Shown one piece after another: positions 1 to 10,800 of a stretch of 64,000 nt of DNA (positions are counted from its first letter, which is position 1; each line of letters opens with the position of its first letter). This DNA is from Candidatus Omnitrophota bacterium (GTDB lineage: Bacteria; Omnitrophota; Gorgyraeia; Zapsychrales; Fredricksoniimonadaceae): the NCBI GenBank assembly GCA_015232565.1, contig JADFZK010000004.1, positions 11,907-75,906 on the forward strand. Direction: 5' to 3'. The notes under the pieces were generated by a model. That model was not told the DNA's origin and did no database searches. It worked only from the letters and a program-made list of their open reading frames with translations. The position numbers and the translations under genes were made by a program.

Positions 1-1087
1 TCTCGTATTCGATCGGATCCTCAATAGTAATGATCTTGCGATTGGGGTCATTGATCTCGTGCAAACAGGCGTAAAGGGTAGTGGTCTTGCCGCTTCCCGT
101 CGGACCGGTCACAAAGATAATGCCGTGTGGACGGCAGATCAACTCGCGGAACTTGCGGGCATTGTCCTTGTTGAAGCCCAGCTTCTCCAGGTCCAGCAAG
201 GTGGTCGTGGTCGGCAAAAGCCGGATGACCATGCTTTCGCCATGTAACGTGGGAATAGTGGAAACCCGCAGATCCAGGGCCTGGTCCTTTACCCGCACGA
301 CGGCACTGCCATCATGGGGCTTACGCCTTTCGGTAATGCTGATATTAGCCATGATCTTGATCCGCGACAGAATAGCCGCCAGAAAATGGCGGGCTTCCAC
401 CGGCAAATTAGCATCGATCAACACCCCGTCAATACGATAACGAAAACGGACTTTATTGCGATAGGGTTCAATATGGATATCCGTAGCCCGTTTTTGAAAA
501 GCTTCCAGGATTATCTGATTGACCAGTTTGGTAACCGACGGGTCCTCGCTGGAACGCTCAATATCTTCCGGCGCGCCACTTTCCTCCTGAGCAAACTGGG
601 CGCGTTTCCGCGGCTCTTTGGTCAGGATCTGATCGATAGTCTCCGACGCCAACCCGTAGTACTTCTTTAAAGCTTCCTCGATGTCCCAGGGCCCGGCCAA
701 AACCTGCCGAGTGTCCAGGCCGAGATGAGCGCGAATATCGTCCTGACTGCGGATATCCAACGGTTCAAAGACCGCCACGGTAAGCTTATTGCCTTCCAGC
801 GCCACCGGCATGAACTGGTAATACGAAGCCACCTTAACGGGCACCCGCTCGATCACCGCCTTGTCGATCACCGCCGCTTTAAGATTGATCACTTCCAGCT
901 TGAGCAGGTCGGACAAGGCCTTCAATAGCTCAGGGGCCTTGAGAACCCCTTCCTGAACCAGATAAACGCCCAGCTTCTTGTTAAGCCGCTGAGCTTCACT
1001 GGCGTAGGCCAGAAGCGCAGATTCATCGAGCAGTTCGGATTTAAGGATAGAATCGATCAGAGATTTACTGACAGAGGGCTTAAGCAT
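1..1087 (-). CDS. gspE: GspE/PilB-family secretion/pilus assembly ATPase (partial, 3' end outside window)
   Basis: Absent from the ORF track because it runs off the edge. Manual translation from ATG 1087 gives MLKPSVSKSLIDSILK..., ATDIHIEP..FRYRIDGVL, Walker A VTGPTGSGKTTTLYA and IITIEDPIEYE, all GspE/PilB hallmarks. GspE versus PilB cannot be resolved from this alone. Confidence 0.9.
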   Translation of the reverse strand, partial: MLKPSVSKSLIDSILKSELLDESALLAYASEAQRLNKKLGVYLVQEGVLKAPELLKALSDLLKLEVINLKAAVIDKAVIERVPVKVASYYQFMPVALEGNKLTVAVFEPLDIRSQDDIRAHLGLDTRQVLAGPWDIEEALKKYYGLASETIDQILTKEPRKRAQFAQEESGAPEDIERSSEDPSVTKLVNQIILEAFQKRATDIHIEPYRNKVRFRYRIDGVLIDANLPVEARHFLAAILSRIKIMANISITERRKPHDGSAVVRVKDQALDLRVSTIPTLHGESMVIRLLPTTTTLLDLEKLGFNKDNARKFRELICRPHGIIFVTGPTGSGKTTTLYACLHEINDPNRKIITIEDPIEYE

Positions 1088-1106
1088 ACGATTTCACGAG
1101 GTCCGG

Positions 1107-2561
<1,455 letters not shown>

Positions 2562-2572
2562 TTATAGGTACA

Positions 2573-3430
2573 TCACTTGGAAACCGACATCATTCTCGAG
2601 GAGAAAACTTCCCGCAGACTCTTGTCGATATCATTCTTACGGGCCTTGCGATATTTCATTTTATACAACTGGCCCTCTTTTTTCACGTTCGTCAAACTGG
2701 TATCCAGCTGTTGCGACTGAGCCGAGACCGCCGCAATACTGGTATCGAACATCATTTCATAGATCTTGGTCGAAGTCCATAAATTCGCCAAATAACCGAT
2801 CACATCCAAAGGGTCTGATTCTTCAATAACATGAGTGAACTGTTCGACCTTTTGCTTTTGCTTCTGAAAGATAAACTCGCACGGCAAAAGCTTAACTACC
2901 CGAGCCTTAACGGTCTGCAGATCCTTTGGCCAGGGATAGACTACCAGCACCTTGCCAATCTTGCCGGTCAACACCTGCTCAACCAGATAATCCTTGAGCA
3001 TGACCGAGGTCTCGTACATCCCGCATTCGGCGATCTCTTCAAAGGTCCGGGTATTTTTGACCCCCATCATGGCCAGTTTCATGACTCCCTTACGGCCGAC
3101 GGTCACGAACTGGGCGTCCGGATGTTTGTCCCGCTCATCGAGCGCCCGGACAATGACCTTATTATTCAGGTCGCCAATGAAGCCCTCTTCGGAAGTAATA
3201 ACCACGATACAAACATTAGGATTCGTGTTCGCCACCAGCGGATGGGCGATCTCGGTGTATTCGAGCAACCGAAAGAACTCGGCAAAAGATTCGCCGAAAC
3301 GCTGGAAACCGCCGCGCCGGGCAAAAAGGTCGCGAAATTTCATATCCGCGATATCCTTGAGGACTTGCACCAGCTCAACAAGGTCGCGCACTTCGATCAT
3401 TTCCCGTTTTACCTTATTGGCCTTTCCCAT
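2573..3430 (-). CDS. atpG: F1-ATPase gamma subunit, divergent
   Basis: 285 aa with N- and C-terminal helices, central IVVITSEEGFIGDLN (cf. ITSDRGLCGxFN) and VGRKG; located between b-delta and beta. Confidence 0.85.
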   Translation of the reverse strand: MGKANKVKREMIEVRDLVELVQVLKDIADMKFRDLFARRGGFQRFGESFAEFFRLLEYTEIAHPLVANTNPNVCIVVITSEEGFIGDLNNKVIVRALDERDKHPDAQFVTVGRKGVMKLAMMGVKNTRTFEEIAECGMYETSVMLKDYLVEQVLTGKIGKVLVVYPWPKDLQTVKARVVKLLPCEFIFQKQKQKVEQFTHVIEESDPLDVIGYLANLWTSTKIYEMMFDTSIAAVSAQSQQLDTSLTNVKKEGQLYKMKYRKARKNDIDKSLREVFSSRMMSVSK

Positions 3431-3442
3431 AGTGCCTTAGGG

Positions 3443-4201
3443 TTATTTCTTGTCCTGATAACTCTTCTCAACCAAGGTCTTGAGCGCCACCGCGTTATCG
3501 CGGATCGCGGTCTTCAGGCTGGCATCGAGCTGTAAACTGCCGAACTTTAAAACCACCCCGCTGATATGCCCGGCTTCCGCCTTGGCCGTCAGGGTCATTT
3601 CCCTTCCGGTCTTGGTACGGATAATATCCGATATTTGCTTCACGTCGGCATCAGTAGCTCCATTGACAGTCACAATATCGGCCTGACGGATCTCGGTACT
3701 GATCCTGGACATATCCACTTCGCGCAATTGGGCAATAAAATCATCGATCAAATCCCGCTCCAGGGCGGCTTTGGCTTTCTTAGTAAGGATCTCGTCGATG
3801 ATCTTGACGGAATAATCAACTATCTTAAGCTCCATTTGTTTCTCGATATCACGGCGGATACCTTCGGCCGCATTTTGCGCTTTAATGATTATCTCTTCAG
3901 CTTCCAGGCGGGCTTTGCCCACCAGTTCTTCCTTGCGTTTATTGGCATCGGCTTCCAGCTCACCCTTCATCTTAAGCTCGAGCGCATCCAGCTCGCGTTT
4001 ACGCTGGGCCAATTCGTCATCCGCCTGACGTATTTTGCGGTTAAGCTCCGCCTCGCGGGCGCGCGCGGCTTCAGCATCGCGGTCCAGGCGCATCTTGGCC
4101 CCTTCCACACTGGAAACGAAAACCCGGTGCAGAGCAAAAATTATCCCGCCCGAGACAATGGCTGTTAACACCAGAAACTGGATTATCAATTCACCGCTCA
4201 T
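3443..4201 (-). CDS. atpF: ATP synthase b subunit fused to a delta/OSCP C-terminal domain
   Basis: N-terminal TM helix, long charged coiled coil (KARLEAEEIIIKAQNAAE), C-terminal ISGVVLKFGSLQLDASLK resembling the delta C-terminal motif IGGxxxxxGxxxxDxS. Confidence 0.8.
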   Translation of the reverse strand: MSGELIIQFLVLTAIVSGGIIFALHRVFVSSVEGAKMRLDRDAEAARAREAELNRKIRQADDELAQRKRELDALELKMKGELEADANKRKEELVGKARLEAEEIIIKAQNAAEGIRRDIEKQMELKIVDYSVKIIDEILTKKAKAALERDLIDDFIAQLREVDMSRISTEIRQADIVTVNGATDADVKQISDIIRTKTGREMTLTAKAEAGHISGVVLKFGSLQLDASLKTAIRDNAVALKTLVEKSYQDKK

Positions 4202-4266
4202 ACTGAATACCCCATTTTAGTTTTTCAACAAAAGAATTCTTGACGCCACGGCGGCCCTGAATACTA

Positions 4267-4497
4267 TCAATCAGAGAAAACGTGAAAGAACAATAACAAC
4301 ATCGCGAAAGCAAAGATCTCCACCAACAAGAACTGCACACAAATCCCCATCTGCATTTTAGCACTGCGGCTGGGATGCTGGCCCAGGTTCTCAATTAACC
4401 GGGTACCCAACATAGCAGTAAAAAAACAAGGCACTCCCACCATCACCAGAAACATGCCAATAAAAACAAACCCCTCATGCCAGAACTGGAATCGCAT
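4267..4497 (-). CDS. atpE: ATP synthase c-like subunit 2 (divergent proteolipid hairpin)
   Basis: 76 aa, two hydrophobic helices, loop LGQHP (cf. RNP/RQP), Glu in helix 2 (FLLVEIF); adjacent to a clearer c subunit. Confidence 0.7.
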   Translation of the reverse strand: MRFQFWHEGFVFIGMFLVMVGVPCFFTAMLGTRLIENLGQHPSRSAKMQMGICVQFLLVEIFAFAMLLLFFHVFSD

Positions 4498-4500
4498 GGA

Positions 4501-4722
4501 TCACTGCCTCGCGAATAGCTGAAAGATCACCAGGATAGAAACGATCGCGATCGCCTCCACGAACACCAGCATGATCGCCATACCCATGAATATTTTCGAT
4601 GCCGCGGAAGGGTTCCGACTCAGGGCTTTAATAACCGCATACCCCAATACGGAGATGACCACCGACGGACCCATCACCGCTATGAACATAACCGTCAGAA
4701 TAATAAATGTTTCTGCAAGCAT
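4501..4722 (-). CDS. atpE: ATP synthase c subunit 1
   Basis: 73 aa hydrophobic hairpin with loop ALSRNP and ion-binding Glu in FVEAIAI. Confidence 0.88.
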   Translation of the reverse strand: MLAETFIILTVMFIAVMGPSVVISVLGYAVIKALSRNPSAASKIFMGMAIMLVFVEAIAIVSILVIFQLFARQ

Positions 4723-4737
4723 GGCTTTATCTCTTTG

Positions 4738-5013
4738 TTAGTTTCCGGGTGTTACGGCGGCTATCTTTTCTTCGATCATTATGTTGCACTCATTCGCAAA
4801 GAACCTGACCACCCCACCCTTGACCGGCAAACGCTTTTCCCAGTTGATAATAATTTCACCGGCCACTATCCCGATCAACGGGTAATGATAGGCCAGCAAT
4901 TCATATTCACCGCGATCCCCGGTAATAAAAACACTGCTGACCTCTTCTTCCAGGATCAAACGCTTGGCGCTCAGGATCACACAGCGAAAATTGCCTTTAT
5001 ACTTGGATGCCAT
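4738..5013 (-). CDS. atpC: ATP synthase epsilon subunit, N-terminal beta-sandwich only
   Basis: 91 aa with GDRGEYELLAYHYPLIG (cf. GxxGELGILPxHAPL) and VKGGVVRF; no C-terminal helical hairpin. Confidence 0.85.
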   Translation of the reverse strand: MASKYKGNFRCVILSAKRLILEEEVSSVFITGDRGEYELLAYHYPLIGIVAGEIIINWEKRLPVKGGVVRFFANECNIMIEEKIAAVTPGN

Positions 5014-5032
5014 TATGCCTGCCCTCGCCCAC

Positions 5033-6520
5033 TCACGACTCTTCCTGGCCCGCCGCCTTAACCCGCTTGCGGATATCAGAAATAAGGCCGGTTATAACTT
5101 CATCCAGCAATTTCTCGATCTCGGTATCAAGTTTCTTTTTCTCACGCAGAAGCGTCATTAATACCGGTTTATTCTTCTGCGTATAGGCCAGACACTCGGC
5201 CTGAAAAAGGTTTACCTGGTCAATCGTCAGGTCATTCATATATTTTCGATTAAAAGCATAAAAGATGACCACCTGCATTTCCAGGCAAACCGGAGCATCT
5301 TTATCCTGGCGCAGAATATGAGTCAGGATCAACCCGCGTTTTAATTTCTGCTTCATTTCATCCGATTGCCCGGAAGTCTTCAGCTTCGACAACCGCAATA
5401 ATTCACGATACTGCAAATATTCCAAACGCAAGGGCCCCGACAAGGTCTTGATGGCCGACCATTGCACTTTCGATCCCACGCGCGAAACCGAAAGCCCCAG
5501 GTCGAGCGCCGGCTTCTGGCCTTCGCCGAAGATCTGGGCGCTTAATAATATCTGGCCGTCGGTCATGGACACCAGGTTCGACGGTACAAAAGCGGTCAGA
5601 TCGCCTTCCAGGATATCGACGATCGGGAAAAAGGTCATCGAACCGCCGCCTTTTTCCTTGCTCAAATAACAGGAACGTTCGATCATTTTGGAATGCAAAT
5701 AGAAAATATCGCCCGGATACGAATCGCGTCCCGGCGGGCGGCCCAGCAAAAGCGAGATCTCACGATAACACCAGGCATGTTTGGTAAAGTCATCAAAACC
5801 TATAAAAACATCCTGTCCGCGCTGCATGAAATACTCGCCCAGGGAACAAGCCACATATGGCGCCAGATATTGCTGACCGGGCGTGGATGAAGCCGAAGCC
5901 GAAACAATCATGCTGTAATCAAAACACTTATGATCCTTAAAAAGCTGAACTACCTTGGCCAAAGAAGCGCGGGCCTTACCGATACCGCAATAAATACAGA
6001 TCACCCCGGTATTGCGCTGATTTATAATAGTATCGGTTACGAAGGTGGTTTTGCCGGTCATCTTATCGCCGAGGATCAACTCACGCTGCCCGCGGCCGAT
6101 TGGTATCATGGCATCCAAAACTTTGATCCCGGTTTCCAGCGTTTTACTAAGGGGCTGACGATCCAGGATCATAGGTGCGTCCGGAAAGATCGGGGCCATG
6201 ATCTCCGGCGTTATTGGCCCCAGACCATCCAGCGGTTCGGCCAGAGGATTAACAATACGCCCGATAAAACTTTTGCCTGCTGGAGTATAAAAAGGCTCGA
6301 TTGAAGCGATCGCCTTCTGCCCCGTGCGGATCTTCTCAGCTTCTTTAATAATTAGAACCTGGGTCTCAAATTCATTGAACCCCACGACCAAACCCAAAGT
6401 ACCAAACCCGAAACGGATCAATTGGCCATTAATACAATTCTGAAAGCCGGTCACGATAACGATACAACCGCGAATGGCCTTAACAATACCTTCTTCTGTA
6501 TATTGCAGTTTAATGCTCAT
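5033..6520 (-). CDS. atpA: F1-ATPase alpha subunit, non-canonical paralogue
   Basis: TGIKVLDAMIPIGRGQRELILGDKMTGKT, YREISLLLGRPPGRDSYPGDIFYLHS, SMTDGQI, SVSRVG (arginine finger). Confidence 0.95.
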   Translation of the reverse strand: MSIKLQYTEEGIVKAIRGCIVIVTGFQNCINGQLIRFGFGTLGLVVGFNEFETQVLIIKEAEKIRTGQKAIASIEPFYTPAGKSFIGRIVNPLAEPLDGLGPITPEIMAPIFPDAPMILDRQPLSKTLETGIKVLDAMIPIGRGQRELILGDKMTGKTTFVTDTIINQRNTGVICIYCGIGKARASLAKVVQLFKDHKCFDYSMIVSASASSTPGQQYLAPYVACSLGEYFMQRGQDVFIGFDDFTKHAWCYREISLLLGRPPGRDSYPGDIFYLHSKMIERSCYLSKEKGGGSMTFFPIVDILEGDLTAFVPSNLVSMTDGQILLSAQIFGEGQKPALDLGLSVSRVGSKVQWSAIKTLSGPLRLEYLQYRELLRLSKLKTSGQSDEMKQKLKRGLILTHILRQDKDAPVCLEMQVVIFYAFNRKYMNDLTIDQVNLFQAECLAYTQKNKPVLMTLLREKKKLDTEIEKLLDEVITGLISDIRKRVKAAGQEES

Positions 6521-7848
6521 GCATCGTCTTTCTTTTCTTCTTTCGGCATTGTCATTTCTTCCTGTTTCTTTTCTTTTGCCGTCCGTAAGAACCAGGTTAT
6601 AAAATGGATAAAGGTGAACAAAGCCAGGAAGATCATAACACTGCCAATGATTTTCCAGGCGGCGTTAACAGTCGGCTTTTTGTCAAAGATAGCCTGGGAA
6701 ACCCGTGCCAGCGACTTCATGGACTGGATCTTCTGCATTACGTTCTTGATCTTGCTTTTTTCCAGCTTCGCCCGGTGCTGAGCCAGCAACTTCTCCAGGG
6801 CCACACAATCACTGCGTGTTTGTGCCAGGCGTTTCTGATTGATCCGAAAAGCACCTATGTGCTGTTGAATATCCGGTTGCTGCATTGCTTGCAGTGAGGA
6901 GATCAACTCTAAATTATTTGTGATCTCGTTAAACAAAGTCTTGGCCGTACCGGAAAACTCCGACGCTTGCAACGAAGCATAGACATTTGTAGAACGCTCC
7001 TTGATAAAATCTATATCTTTCTGTGGTACAAACCACACATCCCGAATACCGATGCGGATATTCTTCTTTTCGTTTGCCCCCAGGTCTTCTTCCTTAAAAA
7101 GAAAAGGCGCCTGCTTGTTCTCATCAAAACGGATCTCGTACCCCTGGCGATCTACCACATCTTCCGGCCGTACTTCAAGCGGCAGAAAATGCTGCTGCTT
7201 AACTTTCTTTAATTTATCAGTAGGATTCGAAACTTCCAAAACATAATTGATAATTTTCTTACTTTCCTGATCCTGCGCATCCGAGCGCCAATAATCGATA
7301 TATTTGGCTTTGGTATTAATGTCTTCCAGAGTTTGTAAATGACTGCGGTAAGTGTCTATACGCTGGTCTATCGAACCGGTAGCCTGAGACTGCTCGCTTA
7401 GTACGTAATCAAGCTTGGCAATAAGTTTTTCTTTAAGCTGCTGGCCATTCTCAGCGCTACGCTCCGCGCCCATTTCATTGAAACCCTGCTCAATGTTCTG
7501 ACGAATATCGGCTATCTTTTCATTGGAAATACGCCAGACATCGCGGATCTTGACTTTAAAAGTGCGGGATTCTTTAGGCTGTAAAAGACATTTACCGTGC
7601 AGGAAATAACCGGCATCTTTAATGTCGTAATCGACTTCCAACCCGGCAGGATCTACAATGTCCGATGGTTTAATTTCACCCGGCAGGCTGAAGCGGATAT
7701 CTTTATCCTGGGCGGTCTCTGTACCATTCACCGCCAGGACATTGATAATAACAGCTGCTGACGCCAGAGAAAGGTTAACACAGCCCGCAATAATTAAGAC
7801 TGCCCAACATATAGCAAAATTCTTGAGCTTTAGGGCGTCAGCTCGCAT
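6517..7848 (-). CDS. Exported hypothetical protein with two tandem internal repeat domains and a C-terminal TM anchor
   Basis: Signal peptide ending LASA. Duplicated module LPGEIKPSDIVD...IRDVW versus LPLEVRPEDVVD...IRDVW. Helical linkers, C-terminal TM (IIGSVMIFLALFTFIHFITWFL) and a charged tail. Stop overlaps the atpA start (ATGA). Confidence 0.85.
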   Translation of the reverse strand: MRADALKLKNFAICWAVLIIAGCVNLSLASAAVIINVLAVNGTETAQDKDIRFSLPGEIKPSDIVDPAGLEVDYDIKDAGYFLHGKCLLQPKESRTFKVKIRDVWRISNEKIADIRQNIEQGFNEMGAERSAENGQQLKEKLIAKLDYVLSEQSQATGSIDQRIDTYRSHLQTLEDINTKAKYIDYWRSDAQDQESKKIINYVLEVSNPTDKLKKVKQQHFLPLEVRPEDVVDRQGYEIRFDENKQAPFLFKEEDLGANEKKNIRIGIRDVWFVPQKDIDFIKERSTNVYASLQASEFSGTAKTLFNEITNNLELISSLQAMQQPDIQQHIGAFRINQKRLAQTRSDCVALEKLLAQHRAKLEKSKIKNVMQKIQSMKSLARVSQAIFDKKPTVNAAWKIIGSVMIFLALFTFIHFITWFLRTAKEKKQEEMTMPKEEKKDDA

Positions 7849-7854
7849 ACGGAA

Positions 7855-10800
7855 TTATTCCTCGCTTTCAAACCAGGTCTTAACCACGATATCGTCGACT
7901 TTCATGGCTTCCTGTAACGCGCGGATCTTGGCGTCAATCTCTTCCAGCTTGGCGTTAACGCGATCCATATCCTTGGCCTGCTGTTTGGTCAGATTCTCCA
8001 CCAACAATCCGGTATTCTCGAGGCCCGCTAACTTGGCCTGTTCTTCGAGGATCTTGGTGAGCATACCCACGACTTCCTGGGCAAATCCGCCGGCACCCGC
8101 ACCAGCACCCTGGCCGCTGATACCTTCGGCACTTTGTTTCATTTCCTGGACATATTGCGAGAACTCTTCCAGCTTTTCGTAAATAGTAGGCGACTGGCCG
8201 TTAACACCCAGATCATCATTGATGCCCATGGCGGAAGCTAAAGCCGCCCCGGCCGAAGCCTGCATTCTGGCCAGCTGTTTAAACACCGTAATATCCGTAT
8301 CTGCTTGAGCAACTCCCAGCAAGGTCTGAATATTCTTGATATCACCAAAAATGGTCTTGGATTCAGCTTTATCCGAATCGGTTCCCAAAAGCTGTAATAT
8401 TGACTTGAAGCTCTTGGTACCCATTGCATCGGTAATATTATTGATCTTCCCTAACAAGGTGTCCGTCCCGGCGGCATCATCAACACTCCCAACCACATCA
8501 AAAACATGTTGCATATTGGTAATAAGTGTTGGCGCGTCATTAGAGAAGGTCGACAATGCCGTCCAATTAATAGTAGACGTCGACATATTGGTAATATCAT
8601 CCCAATTTACATTTGCTTTGGAGAAGGTAGCCATTTCGCCCCAATTGATCCCGGCCCGGGTCATAGTACCCATATCAGCCCAATCAATATCAGCCGCACC
8701 AACAATACCCATATCTTCCCAGTTAATTGCACCACTGGTCATCTTTGCCATATCATTCCAATTAACAGAGGAATTGGTCATGGTCATCCAATCGTCCCAA
8801 TTAATTCCTGTTTCCAGGAACGAATTCATATCTTCCCAATTAATACCGGCACCGGTCATATACGCCAGGCTATCCCAATTAACACTCGCATCAGTCATTT
8901 GCGCAATGCCATCCCAGTTAAGGCCTTTGCGGGATAAATTGTCGATCTCGGTCCAATTAATACCCGCCAGCGATAAATCACCAATATCCAGCCAATTTAA
9001 GCCAGTGGTACTCATGGTGAAGATATCTTCCCAGTTAATGTGCGATTCACTGATTTGTACGATATCGTTCCAGTTGATCCCTACATCCGACATCACCGCA
9101 ATGCTTTCCCAGTTAATGCCATCATTGGTCATTTGGCTAATATCCATCCAGTTAAGACCGGAATCCGACATCAGCATCATATCTTCCCAGTTAATGTTGG
9201 TAGTGCTCATCTCGGCGATACCGCTCCAATTAACGCCCGTCCCGGACATACTGCTCAATGAATCCCAGTTAATATTAACGCTCGACAGATCGCTTAAACC
9301 TTCCCAATTAACTTGCGCTTCAGACAAGAAACCAAGGCTGGCCCAATTGACACCCTGAGCGGACATGTTCTGAATAGCCGCCCAGTTAATGTCTGTAAGA
9401 GACATTGTAGACATATCAGTCCAATTAATTCCAGAATCCGACATCATCATTAAATCAGTCCAGTTAACACCATTATTTGTTAATTCAGACATATCCTGCC
9501 AATTAATTGTACTTTGACTTAAAGTTTGCAAATCGTCCCAATTAACTCCCGACTCAGTGAAAACTTCAAAATCAGTCCAGTTAATGCCCGAATTGGTCAT
9601 ACCGCTGAAACTCTCCCAATTAATCGAACTTTGGGTTAAGGCGCTAAAATCTGTCCAATTGATCGCATTATCAGTCAAGACCTGCATATCAGTCCAGTTA
9701 ATGCCCGCGTTAGACATTGATCCCAGGCTGTCCCAATTTGCACCAGCGGTCGACATTGATGCAATGTCAGTCCAATTGATCTCGCTGAACGACAAGGTGT
9801 TAATATCCTGCCAGTTAATGCTGGAATTACTTAATGTCCCAAAATCGGTCCAATTAATCCCGTTGTTGGACATACTCATCATATCAGCCCAATTCACGCC
9901 AGTCTCAGACAATTGAGCCATATCGGCCCAATTTACTGCCGCTAAGGTCATAGTTTCAATATCGGTCCAATTAACATTAGATTGAGAGAAGATGCCCAGA
10001 TCGGTCCAATTAACACCGTTAGTAGTCAACGCAGCCATATCCGTCCAGTTAACACCTGCGGCAGTCATTGCTCCGATGCTTTCCCAATTAACACCCGAAT
10101 TAGTCAGGGAATTCATATCGGTCCAATTTATTCCGGTCAAAGACAACGATTCCATATCCGACCAGTTAACCCCGGTCGCCGTCAATAAACTTAAGTCTTC
10201 CCAATTCACGTTACTAATTGTCATCGTTTGCAGATCAGTCCAGTTAACTCCGGTATCAGTTAATGTCTGCAGATCAGTCCAATTAATACTCGAGTCCGAC
10301 AAAGCGCCTATATCAGTCCAGTTAACTCCGGCGTTGGTCATAAAATCAATACTCGACCAGTTCACGCCACTGCGAGTTAATTGATCAATATCAGTCCAAT
10401 TAACGGCAGTTAAACTCATTGAACCAATATCCGTCCAGTTAATGCCTGAACCTGTCAGTTCGGAGAAATTTAACCAGTTAACAGTAGAAGATGTGAGTAC
10501 GGTCAGATCGTCCCAGTTAACAGCGTTAACAGATAGTTTTTCCAGGTCCATCCAATTAACACCGGCGTTGGTCATAATATCCAGATCCGACCAGTTCACT
10601 CCGGTCTGCGCCAGGACGGCCAGATCATCCCAATTTACACCGGTCTGCGCCATTACTGAAATATCAGACCAGTTTACAGTCGAGAGGGACAGACTGCTAA
10701 TATCAGTCCAGTTTATTGTAGAAGTGCCCATCATCGCCAGATCGGTCCAATTAATAGCAGTATCACTCATGCGCGCCAGATCAGTCCAATTAACACCAGA

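Noticed and set aside
4191-4394. 67-aa minus-strand Cys/Trp-rich ORF
   Set aside because: Out-of-frame overlap with the c2 gene, which has a better c-subunit pattern
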